39,105 nt of DNA, taken from contig NIVC01004656.1 of assembly GCA_002269645.1 (NCBI GenBank), positions 1-39,105 on the forward strand, in the 5' to 3' direction. The translations under genes were made by a program, and so were the position numbers. The notes below the pieces were generated by a model that saw nothing but the letters and a program-made list of their open reading frames with translations, had not been told where the DNA came from and did not search any database. This DNA comes from Macrostomum lignano. Lineage: Eukaryota. This document shows, in pieces, positions 27,201-39,000 of this stretch. Within the stretch, counting starts at the first letter, position 1. Each line of letters starts with the position of its first letter.

Positions 27201-30200
27201 TGTGCACACCGTGTGTTTGTGCACACCGTGTGTTTGTGCACACCGTGTGTTTGTGCATACCGTGTGTTTGTGCACACCGTGTGTTTGTGCATACCGTGTG
27301 TTTGTGCACACCGTGTGTTTGTGCACACCGTGTGTTTGTGCACACCGTGTGTTTGTGCACACCGTGTGTTTGTGCACACCGTGTGTTTGTGCACACCGTG
27401 TGTTTGTGCATACCGTGTGTTTGTGCATACCGTGTGTTTGTGCACACCGTGTGTTTGTGCACACCGTGTGTTTGTGCACACCGTGTGTTTGTGCACACCG
27501 TGTGTTTGTGCACACCGTGTGTTTGTGCATACCGTGTGTTTGTGCACACCGTGTGTTTGTGCACACCGTGTGTTTGTGCACACCGTGTGTTTGTGCACAC
27601 CGTGTGTTTGTGCACACCGTGTGTTTGTGCACACCGTGTGTTTGTGCACACCGTGTGTTTGTGCATACCGTGTGTTTGTGCACACCGTGTGTTTGTGCAC
27701 ACCGTGTGTTTGTGCACACCGTGTGTTTGTGCACACCGTGTGTTTGTGCACACCGTGTTTGTGCACACCGTGTGTTTGTGCACACCGTGTGTTTGTGCAC
27801 ACCGTGTGTTTGTGCACACCGTGTGTTTGTGCACACCGTGTGTTTGTGCACACCGTGTGTTTGTGCACACCGTGTGTTTGTGCACACCGTGTGTTTGTGC
27901 ACACCGTGTGTTTGTGCACACCGTGTGTTTGTGCACACCGTGTGTTTGTGCACACCGTGTGTTTGTGCACACCGTGTGTTTGTGCACACCGTGTGTTTGT
28001 GCATACCGTGTGTTTGTGCACACCGTGTGTTTGTGCACACCGTGTGTTTGTGCATACCGTGTGTTTGTGCACACCGTGTGTTTGTGCACACCGTGTGTTT
28101 GTGCACACCGTGTGTTTGTGCACACCGTGTGTTTGTGCATACCGTGTGTTTGTGCACACCGTGTGTTTGTGCACACCGTGTGTTTGTGCACACCGTGTGT
28201 TTGTGCACACCGTGTGTTTGTGCACACCGTGTGTTTGTGCACACCGTGTGTTTGTGCACACCGTGTGTTTGTGCATACCGTGTGTTTGTGCATACCGTGT
28301 GTTTGTGCACACCGTGTGTTTGTGCATACCGTGTGTTTGTGCATACCGTGTGTTTGTGCACACCGTGTGTTTGTGCATACCGTGTGTTTGTGCACACCGT
28401 GTGTTTGTGCACACCGTGTGTTTGTGCACACCGTGTGTTTGTGCACACCGTGTGTTTGTGCACACCGTGTGTTTGTGCACACCGTGTGTTTGTGCACACC
28501 GTGTGTTTGTGCACACCGTGTGTTTGTGCACACCGTGTGTTTGTGCACACCGTGTGTTTGTGCACACCGTGTGTTTGTGCACACCGTGTGTTTGTGCATA
28601 CCGTGTGTTTGTGCACACCGTGTGTTTGTGCACACCGTGTGTTTGTGCACACCGTGTGTTTGTGCACACCGTGTGTTTGTGCACACCGTGTGTTTGTGCA
28701 CACCGTGTGTTTGTGCACACCGTGTGTTTGTGCACACCGTGTGTTTGTGCACACCGTGTGTTTGTGCATACCGTGTGTTTGTGCACACCGTGTGTTTGTG
28801 CACACCGTGTGTTTGTGCACACCGTGTGTTTGTGCACACCGTGTGTTTGTGCACACCGTGTGTTTGTGCACACCGTGTGTTTGTGCACACCGTGTGTTTG
28901 TGCACACCGTGTGTTTGTGCACACCGTGTGTTTGTGCACACCGTGTGTTTGTGCATACCGTGTGTTTGTGCATACCGTGTGTTTGTGCACACCGTGTGTT
29001 TGTGCACACCGTGTGTTTGTGCATACCGTGTGTTTGTGCACACCGTGTGTTTGTGCATACCGTGTGTTTGTGCATACCGTGTGTTTGTGCACACCGTGTG
29101 TTTGTGCATACCGTGTGTTTGTGCATACCGTGTGTTTGTGCACACCGTGTGTTTGTGCACACCGTGTGTTTGTGCACACCGTGTGTTTGTGCACACCGTG
29201 TGTTTGTGCACACCGTGTGTTTGTGCACACCGTGTGTTTGTGCACACCGTGTGTTTGTGCACACCGTGTGTTTGTGCACACCGTGTGTTTGTGCATACCG
29301 TGTGTTTGTGCACACCGTGTGTTTGTGCATACCGTGTGTTTGTGCATACCGTGTGTTTGTGCACACCGTGTGTTTGTGCACACCGTGTGTTTGTGCACAC
29401 CGTGTGTTTGTGCACACCGTGTGTTTGTGCACACCGTGTGTTTGTGCACACCGTGTGTTTGTGCATACCGTGTGTTTGTGCACACCGTGTGTTTGTGCAC
29501 ACCGTGTGTTTGTGCATACCGTGTGTTTGTGCACACCGTGTGTTTGTGCACACCGTGTGTTTGTGCACACCGTGTGTTTGTGCACACCGTGTGTTTGTGC
29601 ACACCGTGTGTTTGTGCACACCGTGTGTTTGTGCACACCGTGTGTTTGTGCACACCGTGTGTTTGTGCACACCGTGTGTTTGTGCACACCGTGTGTTTGT
29701 GCACACCGTGTGTTTGTGCACCGTGTGTTTGTGCACACCGTGTGTTTGTGCACACCGTGTGTTTGTGCACACCGTGTGTTTGTGCACACCGTGTGTTTGT
29801 GCACACCGTGTGTTTGTGCACACCGTGTGTTTGTGCACACCGTGTGTTTGTGCACACCGTGTGTTTGTGCACACCGTGTGTTTGTGCACACCGTGTGTTT
29901 GTGCACACCGTGTGTTTGTGCACACCGTGTGTTTGTGCACACCGTGTGTTTGTGCACACCGTGTGTTTGTGCACACCGTGTGTTTGTGCACACCGTGTGT
30001 TTGTGCACACCGTGTGTTTGTGCACACCGTGTGTTTGTGCACACCGTGTGTTTGTGCATACCGTGTGTTTGTGCACACCGTGTGTTTGTGCACACCGTGT
30101 GTTTGTGCACACCGTGTGTTTGTGCACACCGTGTGTTTGTGCACACCGTGTGTTTGTGCATACCGTGTGTTTGTGCATACCGTGTGTTTGTGCACACCGT

Positions 30201-33200
30201 GTGTTTGTGCACACCGTGTGTTTGTGCACACCGTGTGTTTGTGCACACCGTGTGTTTGTGCACACCGTGTGTTTGTGCACACCGTGTGTTTGTGCACACC
30301 GTGTGTTTGTGCATACCGTGTGTTTGTGCACACCGTGTGTTTGTGCATACCGTGTGTTTGTGCACACCGTGTGTTTGTGCATACCGTGTGTTTGTGCATA
30401 CCGTGTGTTTGTGCACACCGTGTGTTTGTGCATACCGTGTGTTTGTGCACACCGTGTGTTTGTGCACACCGTGTGTTTGTGCACACCGTGTGTTTGTGCA
30501 CACCGTGTGTTTGTGCACACCGTGTGTTTGTGCACACCGTGTGTTTGTGCACACCGTGTGTTTGTGCACACCGTGTGTTTGTGCACACCGTGTGTTTGTG
30601 CACACCGTGTGTTTGTGCACACCGTGTGTTTGTGCATACCGTGTGTTTGTGCACACCGTGTGTTTGTGCACACCGTGTGTGTGTTTGTGCACACCGTGTG
30701 TTTGTGCATACCGTGTGTTTGTGCACACCGTGTGTTTGTGCACACCGTGTGTTTGTGCACACCGTGTGTTTGTGCATACCGTGTGTTTGTGCACACCGTG
30801 TGTTTGTGCACACCGTGTGTTTGTGCACACCGTGTGTTTGTGCACACCGTGTGTTTGTGCATACCGTGTGTTTGTGCACACCGTGTGTTTGTGCATACCG
30901 TGTGTTTGTGCACACCGTGTGTTTGTGCACACCGTGTGTTTGTGCACACCGTGTGTTTGTGCACACCGTGTGTTTGTGCACACCGTGTGTTTGTGCACAC
31001 CGTGTGTTTGTGCACACCGTGTGTTTGTGCACACCGTGTGTTTGTGCACACCGTGTGTTTGTGCACCCGTGTGTTTGTGCACACCGTGTGTTTGTGCACA
31101 CCGTGTGTTTGTGCACACCGTGTGTTTGTGCACACCGTGTGTTTGTGCATACCGTGTGTTTGTGCACACCGTGTGTTTGTGCACACCGTGTGTTTGTGCA
31201 TACCGTGTGTTTGTGCACACCGTGTGTTTGTGCACACCGTGTGTTTGTGCATACCGTGTGTTTGTGCACACCGTGTGTTTGTGCACACCGTGTGTTTGTG
31301 CACACCGTGTGTTTGTGCACACCGTGTGTTTGTGCACACCGTGTGTTTGTGCACACCGTGTGTTTGTGCACACCGTGTGTTTGTGCACACCGTGTGTTTG
31401 TGCACACCGTGTGTTTGTGCATACCGTGTGTTTGTGCACACCGTGTGTTTGTGCACACCGTGTGTTTGTGCACACCGTGTGTTTGTGCACACCGTGTGTT
31501 TGTGCACACCGTGTGTTTGTGCACACCGTGTGTTTGTGCACACCGTGTGTTTGTGCACACCGTGTGTTTGTGCACACCGTGTGTTTGTGCACACCGTGTG
31601 TTTGTGCACACCGTGTGTTTGTGCACACCGTGTGTTTGTGCACACCGTGTGTTTGTGCACACCGTGTGTTTGTGCACACCGTGTGTTTGTGCATACCGTG
31701 TGTTTGTGCACACCGTGTGTTTGTGCACACCGTGTGTTTGTGCACACCGTGTGTTTGTGCACACCGTGTGTTTGTGCACACCGTGTGTTTGTGCACACCG
31801 TGTGTTTGTGCACACCGTGTGTTTGTGCACACCGTGTGTTTGTGCACACCGTGTGTTTGTGCACACCGTGTGTTTGTGCATACCGTGTGTTTGTGCACAC
31901 CGTGTGTTTGTGCACACCGTGTGTTTGTGCACACCGTGTGTTTGTGCACACCGTGTGTTTGTGCATACCGTGTGTTTGTGCATACCGTGTGTTTGTGCAC
32001 ACCGTGTGTTTGTGCACACCGTGTGTTTGTGCACACCGTGTGTTTGTGCACACCGTGTGTTTGTGCACACCGTGTGTTTGTGCATACCGTGTGTTTGTGC
32101 ACACCGTGTGTTTGTGCACACCGTGTGTTTGTGCACACCGTGTGTTTGTGCACACCGTGTGTTTGTGCACACCGTGTGTTTGTGCACACCGTGTGTTTGT
32201 GCACACCGTGTGTTTGTGCACACCGTGTGTTTGTGCACACCGTGTGTTTGTGCACACCGTGTGTTTGTGCACACCGTGTGTTTGTGCACACCGTGTGTTT
32301 GTGCACACCGTGTGTTTGTGCACACCGTGTGTTTGTGCACACCGTGTGTTTGTGCATACCGTGTGTTTGTGCACACCGTGTGTTTGTGCACACCGTGTGT
32401 TTGTGCACACCGTGTGTTTGTGCACACCGTGTGTTTGTGCACACCGTGTGTTTGTGCACACCGTGTGTTTGTGCATACCGTGTGTTTGTGCACACCGTGT
32501 GTTTGTGCACACCGTGTGTTTGTGCACACCGTGTGTTTGTGCACACCGTGTGTTTGTGCACACCGTGTGTTTGTGCACACCGTGTGTTTGTGCATACCGT
32601 GTGTTTGTGCACACCGTGTGTTTGTGCACACCGTGTGTTTGTGCACACCGTGTGTTTGTGCACACCGTGTGTTTGTGCACACCGTGTGTTTGTGCACACC
32701 GTGTGTTTGTGCACACCGTGTGTTTGTGCACACCGTGTGTTTGTGCACACCGTGTGTTTGTGCATACCGTGTGTTTGTGCACACCGTGTGTTTGTGCATA
32801 CCGTGTGTTTGTGCACACCGTGTGTTTGTGCACACCGTGTGTTTGTGCACACCGTGTGTTTGTGCACACCGTGTGTTTGTGCACACCGTGTGTTTGTGCA
32901 TACCGTGTGTTTGTGCATACCGTGTGTTTGTGCACACCGTGTGTTTGTGCACACCGTGTGTTTGTGCACACCGTGTGTTTGTGCACACCGTGTGTTTGTG
33001 CACACCGTGTGTTTGTGCACACCGTGTGTTTGTGCACACCGTGTGTTTGTGCACACCGTGTGTTTGTGCACACCGTGTGTTTGTGCACACCGTGTGTTTG
33101 TGCACACCGTGTGTTTGTGCATACCGTGTGTTTGTGCACACCGTGTGTTTGTGCACACCGTGTGTTTGTGCATACCGTGTGTTTGTGCACACCGTGTGTT

Positions 33201-36000
33201 TGTGCATACCGTGTGTTTGTGCATACCGTGTGTTTGTGCACACCGTGTGTTTGTGCACACCGTGTGTTTGTGCACACCGTGTGTTTGTGCACACCGTGTG
33301 TTTGTGCACACCGTGTGTTTGTGCACACCGTGTGTTTGTGCACACCGTGTGTTTGTGCATACCGTGTGTTTGTGCACACCGTGTGTTTGTGCACACCGTG
33401 TGTTTGTGCACACCGTGTGTTTGTGCACACCGTGTGTTTGTGCACACCGTGTGTTTGTGCACACCGTGTGTTTGTGCACACCGTGTGTTTGTGCACACCG
33501 TGTGTTTGTGCACACCGTGTGTTTGTGCACACCGTGTGTTTGTGCATACCGTGTGTTTGTGCACACCGTGTGTTTGTGCACACCGTGTGTTTGTGCATAC
33601 CGTGTGTTTGTGCACACCGTGTGTTTGTGCACACCGTGTGTTTGTGCACACCGTGTGTTTGTGCACACCGTGTGTTTGTGCACCGTGTGTTTGTGCACAC
33701 CGTGTGTTTGTGCACACCGTGTGTTTGTGCACACCGTGTGTTTGTGCACACCGTGTGTTTGTGCACACCGTGTGTTTGTGCACACCGTGTGTTTGTGCAT
33801 ACCGTGTGTTTGTGCACACCGTGTGTTTGTGCACACCGTGTGTTTGTGCACACCGTGTGTTTGTGCATACCGTGTGTTTGTGCACACCGTGTGTTTGTGC
33901 ACACCGTGTGTTTGTGCATACCGTGTGTTTGTGCACACCGTGTGTTTGTGCACACCGTGTGTTTGTGCACACCGTGTGTTTGTGCACACCGTGTGTTTGT
34001 GCACACCGTGTGTTTGTGCATACCGTGTGTTTGTGCACACCGTGTGTTTGTGCACACCGTGTGTTTGTGCACACCGTGTGTTTGTGCACACCGTGTGTTT
34101 GTGCACACCGTGTGTTTGTGCACACCGTGTGTTTGTGCACACCGTGTGTTTGTGCACACCGTGTGTTTGTGCACACCGTGTGTTTGTGCATACACGTGTG
34201 TTTGTGCACACCGTGTGTTTGTGCATACCGTGTGTTTGTGCACACCGTGTGTTTGTGCACACCGTGTGTTTGTGCACACCGTGTGTTTGTGCATACCGTG
34301 TGTTTGTGCACACCGTGTGTTTGTGCACACCGTGTGTTTGTGCACACCGTGTGTTTGTGCACACCGTGTGTTTGTGCACACCGTGTGTTTGTGCACACCG
34401 TGTGTTTGTGCATACCGTGTGTTTGTGCACACCGTGTGTTTGTGCACACCGTGTGTTTGTGCACACCGTGTGTTTGTGCACACCGTGTGTTTGTGCACAC
34501 CGTGTGTTTGTGCATACCGTGTGTTTGTGCATACCGTGTGTTTGTGCATACCGTGTGTTTGTGCACACCGTGTGTTTGTGCACACCGTGTGTTTGTGCAC
34601 ACCGTGTGTTTGTGCACACCGTGTGTTTGTGCACACCGTGTGTTTGTGCACACCGTGTGTTTGTGCACACCGTGTGTTTGTGCACACCGTGTGTTTGTGC
34701 ACACCGTGTGTTTGTGCATACCGTGTGTTTGTGCACCGTGTGTTTGTGCATACCGTGTGTTTGTGCACACCGTGTGTTTGTGCACACCGTGTGTTTGTGC
34801 ACACCGTGTGTTTGTGCACACCGTGTGTTTGTGCACACCGTGTGTTTGTGCACACCGTGTGTTTGTGCACACCGTGTGTTTGTGCACACCGTGTGTTTGT
34901 GCACACCGTGTGTTTGTGCACACCGTGTGTTTGTGCATACCGTGTGTTTGTGCACACCGTGTGTTTGTGCACACCGTGTGTTTGTGCACACCGTGTGTTT
35001 GTGCACACCGTGTGTTTGTGCACACCGTGTGTTTGTGCACACCGTGTGTTTGTGCACACCGTGTGTTTGTGCACACCGTGTGTTTGTGCACACCGTGTGT
35101 TTGTGCACACCGTGTGTTTGTGCATACCGTGTGTTTGTGCATACCGTGTGTTTGTGCACACCGTGTGTTTGTGCATACCGTGTGTTTGTGCATACCGTGT
35201 GTTTGTGCACACCGTGTGTTTGTGCACACCGTGTGTTTGTGCACACCGTGTGTTTGTGCACACCGTGTGTTTGTGCACACCGTGTGTTTGTGCACACCGT
35301 GTGTTTGTGCATACCGTGTGTTTGTGCACACCGTGTGTTTGTGCACACCGTGTGTTTGTGCATACCGTGTGTTTGTGCACACCGTGTGTTTGTGCACACC
35401 GTGTGTTTGTGCACACCGTGTGTTTGTGCACACCGTGTGTTTGTGCACACCGTGTGTTTGTGCACACCGTGTGTTTGTGCATACCGTGTGTTTGTGCACA
35501 CCGTGTGTTTGTGCACACCGTGTGTTTGTGCATACCGTGTGTTTGTGCACACCGTGTGTTTGTGCACACCGTGTGTTTGTGCACACCGTGTGTTTGTGCA
35601 CACCGTGTGTTTGTGCACACCGTGTGTTTGTGCACACCGTGTGTTTGTGCACACCGTGTGTTTGTGCACACCGTGTGTTTGTGCATACCGTGTGTTTGTG
35701 CACACCGTGTGTTTGTGCATACCGTGTGTTTGTGCACACCGTGTGTTTGTGCACACCGTGTGTTTGTGCATACCGTGTGTTTGTGCACACCGTGTGTTTG
35801 TGCACACCGTGTGTTTGTGCATACCGTGTGTTTGTGCACACCGTGTGTTTGTGCACACCGTGTGTTTGTGCACACCGTGTGTTTGTGCATACCGTGTGTT
35901 TGTGCACACCGTGTGTTTGTGCACACCGTGTGTTTGTGCATACCGTGTGTTTGTGCATACCGTGTGTTTGTGCATACCGTGTGTTTGTGCATACCGTGTG
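6241..36000 (+). repeat. Homogeneous core of the array
   Basis: Apart from the C/T site, I count only about 33 variant units among about 1,750. The list was cross-checked against breaks in the 17-aa period of the minus-strand ORF translation. Confidence 0.9.
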
Positions 36001-39000
36001 TTTGTGCACCGTGTGTTTGTGCACCGTGTGTTTGTGCACACCGTGTGTTTGTGCACACCGTGTGTTTGTGCACACCGTGTGTTTGTGCACACGTGTGTTT
36101 GTGCATACCGTGTGTTTGTGCACACCGTGTGTTTGTGCACACCGTGTGTTTGTGCATACCGTGTGTTTGTGCATACCGTGTGTTTGTGCACACCGTGTGT
36201 TTGTGCACACCGTGTGTTTGTGCACACCGTGTGTTTGTGCACACCGTGTGTTTGTGCACACCGTGTGTTTGTGCACACCGTGTGTTTGTGCACACCGTGT
36301 GTTTGTGCACACCGTGTGTTTGTGCATACCGTGTGTTTGTGCACACCGTGTGTTTGTGCACACCGTGTGTTTGTGCACACCGTGTGTTTGTGCACACCGT
36401 GTGTTTGTGCATACCGTGTGTTTGTGCACACCGTGTGTTTGTGCACACCGTGTGTTTGTGCATACCGTGTGTTTGTGCATACCGTGTGTTTGTGCACACC
36501 GTGTGTTTGTGCATACCGTGTGTTTGTGCATACCGTGTTTTGTGCACACCGTGTGTTTGTGCATACCGTGTGTTTGTGCACACCGTGTGTTTGTGCACAC
36601 CGTGTTTGTTTGTGCACACCGTGTGTTGTGCACACCGTGTGTTTGCACACCGTGTGTTTGTGCACACCGTTGTTTGTGCACACCGTGTGTTTGTGCATAC
36701 CGTGTGTTTGTGCACACCGTGTTTGTGCATACCGTGTGTTTGTGCACACCGTGTGTTTGTGCACACCGTGTGTTTGTGCACACCGTGTGTTTGTGCACAC
36801 CGTGTGTTTGTGCACACCGTGTGTTTGTGCACACCGTGTGTTTGTGCACACCGTGTGTTTGTGCACACCGTGTGTTTGTGCACACCGTGTGTTTGTGCAT
36901 ACCGTGTGTTTGTGCACACCGTGTGTTTGTGCACACCGTGTGTTTGTGCATACCGTGTGTTTGTGCATACCGTGTGTTTGTGCACACGTGTGTTTGTGCA
37001 ACCGTTGTTTGTGCACCGTGTGTTTGTGCACACCGTGTGTTTGTGCATACCGTTGTTTGTGCACACCGTGTGTTTGTGCACACCGTGTGTTTGTGCACAC
37101 CGTGTGTTTGTGCACACCGTGTGTTTGTGCATACCGTGTGTTTGTGCAACCGTGGTTTTGTGCACACCGTGTGTTTGTGCAACCGTGTGTTTGTGCAACC
37201 GTGTGTTTGTGCATACCGTGTGTTTGTGCACACCGTGTGTTTGTGCATACCGTTGTTTGTGCACACCGTGTGTTTGTGCACACCGCGTGTTTGTGCACAC
37301 CGTGTGTTTGTGCACACCGTGTGTTTGTGCATACCGTTTGTTTGTGCACACCGTGTGTTTGTGCACACGTGTGTTGTGCACCGTGTGTTTGTGCACACCG
37401 TGTGTTTGTGCATACCGCGTGTTTGTGCACACCGTGTGTTTGTGCACACCGTGTGTTTGTGCATACCGTGTGTTTGTGCACACCGTGTGTTTGTGCACAC
37501 CGTTTGTTTGTGCACACCGTGTGTTTGTGCATACCGTGTGTTTGTGCACACCGTGTGTTTGTGCACACCGTGTGTTTGTGCATACCGTGTGTTTGTGCAC
37601 ACCGTGTGTTTGTGCACACCGTGTGTTTGTGCATACCGTGTGTTTGTGCACACCGCGTGTTTGTGCATACCGCGTGTTTGTGCACACCGTGTGTTTGTGC
37701 ATACCCGTGTGTTTGTGCATACGTGTGTTTGTGCAACCGTGTGTTTGTGCAACCGTGTGTTTGTGCACACCGTGTGTTTTGCACACCGTGTGTTTGTGCA
37801 TACCGTGTGTTTGTGCACACCGTGTGTTTGTGCACACCGTGTGTTTGTGCATACCGTGTGTTTGTGCACACCGTGTGTTTGTGCACACCGTGTGTTTGTG
37901 CATACCGTGTGTTTGTGCACACCGTGTGTTTGTGCACACCGTGTGTTTGTGCACACCGTGTTTGTGCACACCGTGTGTTTGTGCATACCGTGTGTTTGTG
38001 CACACCGTGTGTTTGTGCATACCGTGTGTTTGTGCACACCGTGTGTTTGTGCACACCGTGTGTTTGTGCATACCGTGTGTTTGTGCACAACCGTGTGTTT
38101 GTGCACACCGTGTGTTTGTGCATACCGTGTGTTTGTGCACACCGTGTGTTTGTGCACACCGTGTGTTTGTGCACACCGTGTGTTTGTGCATACCGTGTGT
38201 TTGTGCACACCGTGTGTTTGTGCACACCGTGTGTTTGTGCATACCGTGTGTTTGTGCATACCGTGTGTTTGTGCATACCGTGTGTTTGTGCATACGTGTG
38301 TTTGTGCACACCGTGTGTTTGTGCACACCGTGTGTTTGCATACCGTGTTGTTTGTGCACCGTGTGTTTGTGCACACCGCGTGTTTGTGCACACCGTGTGT
38401 TTGTGCAACCGTGTGTTTGTGCACACCGTGTGTTTGTGCACACCGTGTGTTTGTGCACACCGTGTGTTTGTGCATACCGTGTGTTTGTGCACACCGTGTG
38501 TTTGTGCACACCGTGTGTTTGTGCATACCGTGTGTTTGTGCACACCGTGTTTGTGCATACCGGTGTTTGTGCACACCGTGTGTTTGTGCACACCGTGTGT
38601 TTGAGCACACCGTGTGTTTGTGCATACCGTGTGTTTGTGCACGTGTGTTTGTGGCACACCGTGTGTTTGTGCACCCGTGTGTTTGTGCACACCGTGTGTT
38701 TGTGCAACCGTGTGTTTGTGCATACCGTGTGTTTGTGCACACCTGTGTTTGTGCATACCGTGTGTTTGTGCACACCGTGTGTTTGTGCACACCGTGTGTT
38801 TGTGCATACCGTGTGTTTGTGCACACCGTGTGTTGTGACACCGTGTGTTTGTGCACACCGTGTGTTTTGCACACCGTGTGTTTGTACACACGTGTGTTTG
38901 TGCACACCGTGTGTTTGTGCACCGTGTGTTTGTGACCGTGTGTTTGTGCACACCGTGTGTTTGTGCATACCGTTGTTGTGCACACCGTGTGTTTGTGCAC

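Noticed and set aside
22520-30060. Two 15-bp units (about 22,522 and 29,718) each followed by exactly 19 C units then T
   Set aside because: The flanking patterns differ on both sides, so this is probably coincidence rather than a higher-order repeat.
6241-36000. Exact ~19-20 kb duplication (clean layer 1 = clean layer 2)
   Set aside because: Marker units do not keep a constant offset, and the 46-unit C run has no counterpart in 6-15.7 kb (longest seen about 22 units at 8,208-8,599). A diverged duplication is not excluded without computation.
38520-38900. Right end as a noisy copy of the left region around 2,750-2,970 (both have an aberrant T unit three units before TTTGAGCA)
   Set aside because: The aberrations differ, and the downstream C/T order and distance to TTTGTACA (169 vs 282 bp) do not match.
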